Shown one piece after another: positions 57,343 to 64,000 of a stretch of 64,000 nucleotides of DNA (the first letter of the stretch is position 1; every line of letters begins with the position of its first letter). The notes under the pieces were generated by a model. The model made no database searches, was not told the origin of the DNA, and saw nothing but the letters and a program-made list of their open reading frames with translations. This DNA is from Tubulanus polymorphus. Its lineage: Eukaryota > Animalia > Nemertea. The stretch is from positions 1,488,072 through 1,552,071 of the forward strand of contig NC_134034.1 of the NCBI RefSeq assembly GCF_964204645.1. The letters run 5' to 3'. The position numbers and the translations under genes are program-made.

Positions 57343-60300
57343 GGGGTCAGAAGGAAGGCTAACGGCAATCAGAAGGGCCCAACGGGGCCAAATGACGAAG
57401 ATTTTCGGAAAAACGGAAGAAAAACTAGCAGAGATTCTACTCGTCGATGAAAGTTCAAGAACTCTGGAAACTGTTCAACCGTTCTCCACTTTAATCGACG
57501 CGCTGTTCACAAAATTCGAATATTTACGACAATTAGACCAACAATTAATGGATGAAATCGCTGATGAAACCGAGTTAACTAACACTATAGTTGAATCAGA
57601 TGATTATCTCACTGAGATACAAATCAAACTCGGTCGATTCAAACTGAACTTGGATAATCTACTAGCGAAGATACCAAAACCACAATCGCTAAACGAATCT
57701 GTAAGTACCATCAATCGAAGCAGTACTACCTCAACCGGCAGTAAAAAAGTCAATCTACCAAAATTGGCTCTCCCAAATTTCGATGGTGACATTTTGAAAT
57801 GGTCTACTTTCTACGATAATTTCATCTCAGCCGTCGATAGCGATCCGCATTTGGACGATATCCAGAAGTTTCAATATTTGGTCGCACAACTTACTGACGA
57901 AGCAGCGCGTACCATAGAAGGTCTGCAAATAACTAGCGCTAACTACAAAGAAGCTCTGACGATCTTAGTAGAAAGATACGGTCAACCTCACAAGATCGTG
58001 AACGCGTACATCAGAGCTTTATTAGATTTGCAGCCACCGCAGGATCACGAGAGTCTACGCGAATTTTACGATTCTTTGGAAACATATATTCGAGGATTGC
58101 GCGCGCTCGGGAAATCGGAAGATGCGTTCGGTGACATACTCGTTCCGGTAGTCTTCGATAAGCTACCGAGTCCCGTCAAAACACAAATTTCACGGGAGCA
58201 CGGAGACCGCGCCTGGACACTTAAAGAACTACGCGACGCGATCCGAAAGGAAATACAAGCTACACAGGCAGGAGCGAGCTGCGTCAACTTCGATAATGAA
58301 AAATTATCCGCTCTTCATATAAGCACTAAAACGAGGAAAAATCCGGCCTCGAAAAACAACAGTTGCGCGTTCTGCAAGGGTCCACATACGGCGTTCTCAT
58401 GCGATATAATCGTTAACCCAAAAAAGCGACAAGACATCATAAAGGCAAATCGTAAGTGTTATAACTGTTTTGGCAATCACATGGTAACAGCTTGCCAATC
58501 GAAATATCGTTGTAAGGTTTGCAAAGGCAAACACCACACTGCTATTCATATAGATCGAAATACTGATACGCATATTGAATCAAAAAATATTCATGTCAAT
58601 ATAGCTCCAACTTCAAGTCCTGTTCTCTTGAAATCGGCTATTGGTCAAATAAATTATGGTTCGAATTCGACCACGGTAAATATCTTGTTTGACGAAGGAG
58701 CGCAGTGCTCATTCATCACTAAAAAGTCGGTAAATGAATTAGGTGTCCGATTGGACAAATTTGAAAAGCAAGATGTAAATATTTCCACCTTTGGTGAGAA
58801 TTCGCCTGGGGCACGTACTCTACGGAGTATAGATTTAAAACTTCGTACGCGTAAAGGCGAAATTGGTTTACGTGCATTAGTTGTACCGGAAATATGTCCA
58901 CCAATTCAGAACAATGTAAAACTTGCTGTGACAAATCACCCGTACCTTCGAAATTTACCATTAGCACCGTACGTCAACACCAGCAATTGTGAAATTAATC
59001 TATTAATCGGTGCTGATTATTACTGGTCGATCGTAGAGAATGAAGTGGTTAGAGGAGCTGGCCCGACAGCTGTCAGTTCCAAACTCGGGTTCCTTCTATC
59101 AGGACCCATCAATTTGAATGCGAATACATCGGTACTCCATACTACCTGTCTTTTGAATACTATACATTCAAACGATGAATTCTCAAAATTATCTAACTAC
59201 TGGGATCTTGAAGTAATTGGCATCAAGGAAACGATTAAATCTGAAACAATGAATTTTGAAACGTATCGAGACAATTACCTTAAACGCGATACCAGTGGTA
59301 AATATATAGCGAATTTACCTTGGAAAGAAGATTATCCACCGCTCCCTACCAATTTTGATATTTGTACCGCTATAACTAGATCTATGGTTAAACGCTTGTC
59401 TCCAGAACTGAGGCAGACATATAATGCGATAATAGCAGAGCAACTTTCACGCGAATTTATTGAGATAGTAGAAAATGATGACAAGAGCCAGGGCCATTAC
59501 ATACCCCACCACTCGGTTAAAAAGGAATCAACCACAAAACCGATTAGAATTGTTTATGATTGTAGTTGTAAACAAGGGGATAATCCTAGTTTGAACGACT
59601 GTCTGGAAAGCGGTCCTTCATTAATAAATGATCTTGTGCAGATATTAATCCGCTTTCGCACGAATAACGTCGCATTTACAAGTGATATTGAAAAGGCATT
59701 TTTAAATGTAAAACTCGGTGAAAACGATAGAAATTTCACAAAATTTCTATGGCTATCAGATCCTACGGATCCCGATAGTCCCTTCAAGGTCTATCGTTTC
59801 AAATCAGTACTTTTCGGGTCCACTAGCTCACCATTCATCTTAAATTCTGTAGTGAAAACGCATCTACAGTCCGAAAATACAGAAATCTCAATCGATATGC
59901 AATCAAACATATACGTCGATAACGTTCTCAGTGGCTCTCATAACGCTAAAAAAGCAATTGAATATTTCGAAGAAGCCACGAATACTATGAGCAGGGGTGG
60001 ATTTATTTTGAGATCATGGGCTACAAACGACCCAGAACTAAGATCGTTGATAAAACAACAGGCAATGGGTGAGAATAATGAAATCGTCAATGTCGTAGGG
60101 TTACAATGGGATACGATTAGTGATACTCTTCAGTTTTCAAAGGCCATAAAAGACCCAGCTATGTGCACTCAGTCTGTGGTATCTAAGCGGGAAGTTGTGA
60201 GCGTAACAGCGTCACTATTTGACCCCCTTGGTCTCCTCTCGCCTGTGCATATTCAAGCTAAAATGTTTATCCAGAAATTGTGGCAATCTAAACAAACTTG

Positions 60301-62668
60301 GGATGAACCCTTATCTGATGAATTATCATCACTCTGGTTTGAAATACATCAGCAGTTATACGCCTGTCAACATACAGCTATACAAAGACCATATTTTGGT
60401 CAACCGACTAGTGAATGTGAACTACACATTTTTGCTGATGCCAGTCCCAATGCTTATGGGGCTGTAGCTTATCTGAAAACTGACAAATCGACTTCAATCA
60501 TTATGGCAAAATCACGGGTTAAACCATTAAAAGAGGTTACTATCCCTAGACTTGAATTATTGGCAGCACTGATCGCTGCACGGCTCGCGAAATTTATCCG
60601 TGATGCATTCGACAAGTCAAATTTAAGTTTAACAAAATGTGTTCTTTGGTCCGATAGTCAGATCACAATACATTGGATTCGGAGTGAGAAGAAATTACCC
60701 ACATTCGTCGAAAACAGAGTCCGTGAAATTCGGTCTGTCAAATTTGACATAATCAATTATTGTCCTACAAAGGACAATCCTGCTGATCTCTTGACTCGGG
60801 GCATCAATACCCAAGACTTGGATAATAGTAGATTATGGTGGTTTGGACCAACTTGGCTGCCTAATGGCGATTGGCCAATTGATCGATTGAATAATTCAAC
60901 TGTACTATTTTGTTCAGTAAATAATTCTGAATCGCACTCTCAACAGTGTGCAGAATTAGCTAGTACTAATTCTATCTCAGTTCTATCAACCACCGCAACT
61001 CCATCAGAACCGTCTGGAATACAAAAAGTAATAGATGTCGAGCAATTCAATTCGCTGCATAAATTACTTCGAGTCACAGCATGTGTACTACGCTTTATTT
61101 CTATTATGAAGAAGACATGTCAACCTAGACATAATCATATTACCGTGCCAGAAATACGTTTGGCTCGTACTACGTGGGTTCGCTCTTTGCAAGATGACGA
61201 ATTTTCAAATGAAATTAAATGTATTCAGAAAGGGGGACGAGGTACCCAATTGACTAAACAATTAAACCTATTCACTGATAAAGAGGGTTTAATTAGATGT
61301 GGCGGTCGTTTTCAAAACGCGAATCTTAACTACAACGCTAAGTACCCAATATTATTGCCATCGAAGCACCCATACACAAAATTAGTAATTAGTGACGCCC
61401 ATAAAATGGTTCTACACAGTGGGTTACAATCAACTTTGTGTTACATACGTCAATCATATTGGATACCAAGAATTAGGCAAATAGTTAGCCCAATTATTAG
61501 AAAATGCTCAGTTTGCATTAGACATGATGGTAAATCATATCGTGCGCCAATCACGCCTCCGTTACCTGCCTGTAGACTAAAAGAAGCTCCACCCTTCACC
61601 ATCACAGGCGTTGATTTCACTGGCCATTTATATCATCGCACGAAACACTCAAAACAGAACAAGGCATACATATGTCTATTTACATGCGCCGTTTCCAGGG
61701 CAATACATCTGGAAATAGTCACTGATCTGACGCCTGCTTCCTTTATGAGAGCATTTCGCAGATTTGCCAGCAGGAGGTCGTTGCCAAGTCAATTGATCTC
61801 TGATAATGGTTCAACATTTTTGTCTGCAGAAAACGATATCAAAGAAATATTCAAATCAACAAAAGTCAGAAACTTTCTGTCTAACAAACTTGTCACTTGG
61901 ACATTTATACCGAAACGCGCGCCATGGTTTGGCGGATTTTATGAAAGATTAGTCGGTATAACGAAAAACACTTTGAAAAAAGTAGTTGGTCGAGCGTGTA
62001 TTACCTTGGACGAATTGTCGACTCTAATTACTGAAATAGAGGCTACAATAAACGATCGTCCTCTAACGTACATGACAAATGATGACGATGAGATCATTCC
62101 CTTAACTCCATCACATTTAATTTGTGGGAGAATGATTACTCTGTTACCTCAACCGGTAGTTGAAGAAAACGAACTAATTGATCCGAATTTTAACTTACCG
62201 CCCATCGGTTTCTCCGACGCGAAGAAACGCATGAAATACTTAGACAGTCTTTTCCAAGATTACTGGATACGGTGGCGAAATGAATATTTGCCAACCTTAA
62301 GGGAAAACCACTGTCAGACGCTAAAGCGGGGTGGCATTACGGAAAATCATGTCAAAATAGGCGATATAGTGATCGTTCATGATGACTCAAAAAAGAGAAT
62401 CTTTTGGCAACTCGCTATCATTGAAGGTCTGAACAAGGGCAACGACGGTCTTGTGAGATCCGCGGTAATTCGTACTAAAAGCGGGATTACGAATAGACCC
62501 CTTAAAAAATTATACCCCTTAGAAGTCAATTCTGATAGTGGCGAGAAAATGAATGATGAATCATCGCCTCTAATTAGTAATATTCAACCCCCAATGAAAA
62601 TAAAACGAAATGCAGCATTGAACGCTAGAAATAAAATAAAAAACTGGTGTGACAAACTGGTCGACTAA
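57341..62668 (+). CDS. BEL/Pao Gag-Pol polyprotein (~1775 aa)
   Basis: Gag DUF1759-type region (LPKLALPNFDGDILKW), three Zn knuckles, aspartic protease (LFDEGAQ), RT (DIEKAF, YVDN), RNase H (FADAS), integrase (HHCC, GVDF, SDNG, ERLV), C-terminal RPLKKLYPLE. First ATG is at 57341; the ORF track starts at an upstream GTG. Confidence 0.96.
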   Translation: MGSEGRLTAIRRAQRGQMTKIFGKTEEKLAEILLVDESSRTLETVQPFSTLIDALFTKFEYLRQLDQQLMDEIADETELTNTIVESDDYLTEIQIKLGRFKLNLDNLLAKIPKPQSLNESVSTINRSSTTSTGSKKVNLPKLALPNFDGDILKWSTFYDNFISAVDSDPHLDDIQKFQYLVAQLTDEAARTIEGLQITSANYKEALTILVERYGQPHKIVNAYIRALLDLQPPQDHESLREFYDSLETYIRGLRALGKSEDAFGDILVPVVFDKLPSPVKTQISREHGDRAWTLKELRDAIRKEIQATQAGASCVNFDNEKLSALHISTKTRKNPASKNNSCAFCKGPHTAFSCDIIVNPKKRQDIIKANRKCYNCFGNHMVTACQSKYRCKVCKGKHHTAIHIDRNTDTHIESKNIHVNIAPTSSPVLLKSAIGQINYGSNSTTVNILFDEGAQCSFITKKSVNELGVRLDKFEKQDVNISTFGENSPGARTLRSIDLKLRTRKGEIGLRALVVPEICPPIQNNVKLAVTNHPYLRNLPLAPYVNTSNCEINLLIGADYYWSIVENEVVRGAGPTAVSSKLGFLLSGPINLNANTSVLHTTCLLNTIHSNDEFSKLSNYWDLEVIGIKETIKSETMNFETYRDNYLKRDTSGKYIANLPWKEDYPPLPTNFDICTAITRSMVKRLSPELRQTYNAIIAEQLSREFIEIVENDDKSQGHYIPHHSVKKESTTKPIRIVYDCSCKQGDNPSLNDCLESGPSLINDLVQILIRFRTNNVAFTSDIEKAFLNVKLGENDRNFTKFLWLSDPTDPDSPFKVYRFKSVLFGSTSSPFILNSVVKTHLQSENTEISIDMQSNIYVDNVLSGSHNAKKAIEYFEEATNTMSRGGFILRSWATNDPELRSLIKQQAMGENNEIVNVVGLQWDTISDTLQFSKAIKDPAMCTQSVVSKREVVSVTASLFDPLGLLSPVHIQAKMFIQKLWQSKQTWDEPLSDELSSLWFEIHQQLYACQHTAIQRPYFGQPTSECELHIFADASPNAYGAVAYLKTDKSTSIIMAKSRVKPLKEVTIPRLELLAALIAARLAKFIRDAFDKSNLSLTKCVLWSDSQITIHWIRSEKKLPTFVENRVREIRSVKFDIINYCPTKDNPADLLTRGINTQDLDNSRLWWFGPTWLPNGDWPIDRLNNSTVLFCSVNNSESHSQQCAELASTNSISVLSTTATPSEPSGIQKVIDVEQFNSLHKLLRVTACVLRFISIMKKTCQPRHNHITVPEIRLARTTWVRSLQDDEFSNEIKCIQKGGRGTQLTKQLNLFTDKEGLIRCGGRFQNANLNYNAKYPILLPSKHPYTKLVISDAHKMVLHSGLQSTLCYIRQSYWIPRIRQIVSPIIRKCSVCIRHDGKSYRAPITPPLPACRLKEAPPFTITGVDFTGHLYHRTKHSKQNKAYICLFTCAVSRAIHLEIVTDLTPASFMRAFRRFASRRSLPSQLISDNGSTFLSAENDIKEIFKSTKVRNFLSNKLVTWTFIPKRAPWFGGFYERLVGITKNTLKKVVGRACITLDELSTLITEIEATINDRPLTYMTNDDDEIIPLTPSHLICGRMITLLPQPVVEENELIDPNFNLPPIGFSDAKKRMKYLDSLFQDYWIRWRNEYLPTLRENHCQTLKRGGITENHVKIGDIVIVHDDSKKRIFWQLAIIEGLNKGNDGLVRSAVIRTKSGITNRPLKKLYPLEVNSDSGEKMNDESSPLISNIQPPMKIKRNAALNARNKIKNWCDKLVD

Positions 62669-63340
62669 TGCACAGGTTCAGCCTAATCAGAGTATAATTC
62701 AAACTTATGTTCATAATGTTTCTTAATATGAGTTAATTTCATTTTTGAAGATTTATAATGTTAAGAACATGTTCTTCTATGTTTTTCAATTATTAAAATG
62801 TGTAAATGACGATCACCATAGTATATATGTAAAATTTAATGTTAATTGAAATGTAAGTTGAATCTTAACAGTGAAAATCATGTATGTATACATTCAAGCA
62901 CAAATTGTATTAATGTTGAAATATTATGTAATTTCCTTTCTATTATATACCTGAATATATATCGGAGTAAATGTTCTTTTTATTTCTGATATTCACATGT
63001 TTTTAATTTCAAGAATACGTCAATCAATATTGTAATCTGTTATCTCATAATAATGCTATACAATATCCTAGTTATCATGTATACACCTATATTTTAGTTG
63101 AGACACAACGCAATGTCAAAGTTTAACGTCAAAGCTTAATGTCAATGTTTAATGTCAAAGCAATCTCAGTTTTGTGTTAAATGAAGATTAAGAGTAATGC
63201 AAACTTGATGTATCGAAGATTTAGTGATTCTGATATGAAATTGGAAATTGATTAATTTCTCATTTTTTACGTAGGCTTATTAACCTCATAGGTATTCCTA
63301 ATTGATTATACATCCTATTTTTTCTTCCCGCCGCCGGGAG

Positions 63341-63534
63341 TGTTTCGAAAGTTCGGTTACTAAGCCGCTCATCTGGTTTGTGTTTATATATTTACTGTGG
63401 ATGACATCTTGTTTATGTTTATTCTCCATCTATGTGAAATAAAATCAGTCACTTCCAAGGTTTCGTAGTAACCAGACGTGTTGCTTCTTTCTCTCGGATC
63501 TGTCCCCTCTGGTCGAATCGAACCTTTCACGACA
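63341..63534 (+). repeat. 3' LTR
   Basis: Identical to the 5' LTR. Confidence 0.97.
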
Positions 63535-64000
63535 AGGCTCTCTTAGTTTGCACTTTAAGGCGGCGGGGTTGAGATTCTTCGAGTTCTATCTCTCGTCCTG
63601 AATACACAGTAGTGAAACACGTCGAGGAGAGCGTGCATGGTTTATACTACGAGTCGACCGCGCGTGCTCTGTGTTACCGAAAGCATCGTCAGATTACAAA
63701 TACATAGAGCTAATACTTCACAGTTTATCCAACAGTCAATCTTTATATCTGACGCAGACGATACTTGATTAAACAGGCGTCAATTCGTATAGTTTATAGT
63801 AACCTTCAAGTGACCGCGATCACGTGTTTATGAACTCGAGATCGCGCGGACGAGAGGGTTACTCTCCGATGATGGTGGCCAGGTCCGCGACCTCCGTCTA
63901 CGATTTCTGATAATATTTACTCGAACAATTCGTGTCAGGAATACACGCAGTTCGTAGCTGTTCTTCGGGTCACGATAAGTTGAAAACGACTCGCGATCGG

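Larger units (their letters stand above)
57128..63534 (+). mobile_element. Full-length BEL/Pao LTR retrotransposon
   Basis: Identical 194-bp TG...CA LTRs (57128-57321, 63341-63534), AGGCT TSD (57123-57127, 63535-63539), tRNA-His PBS, single intact gag-pol ORF. Confidence 0.98.

Noticed and set aside
62669-63340. env-like gene in the BEL element
   Set aside because: AT-rich region with no ORF of 60 aa or more; treated as 3'UTR.

Overview
Intron-rich genomic DNA from an invertebrate bilaterian animal; the species cannot be fixed from sequence alone. I assembled these genes by hand from splice signals: three tRNA genes (intron-containing Ile-TAT, Phe-GAA, Asp-GTC), an orphan 340-aa Ser/Pro/Arg-rich ORF (-), a single-coding-exon aminergic GPCR (+), a complete 18-coding-exon cullin-2 (-, 743 aa) with a U12 AT-AC intron, a VOPP1/WBP1-like PPxY membrane protein (+) head-to-head with it, ABITRAM/FAM206A (-), and the first four exons of an RGD-class integrin alpha (+). 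The last ABITRAM intron hosts two near-identical antisense nested genes for a 69-aa secreted CX3C-X18-CX3C peptide. Integrin intron 4 holds an intact BEL/Pao LTR retrotransposon (identical 194-bp LTRs, AGGCT TSD). Introns are full of MITEs, MITE-derived minisatellites and Penelope-type remnants with minimal hammerhead ribozymes. The most unusual observations are (1) the nested twin helical-hairpin peptide genes, whose exons are nearly identical but whose introns do not align; (2) tandem arrays built from splice sites: a 23-bp branchpoint/AG|GTGAGT unit x27 upstream of the GPCR, and 11 exon-deleted 134-bp copies of a CUL2 exon's flanks; and (3) a 1.16-kb foldback transposon inserted at the CUL2 exon-2 acceptor that appears to supply a replacement acceptor. 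All coordinates were counted by eye and no database searches were run.
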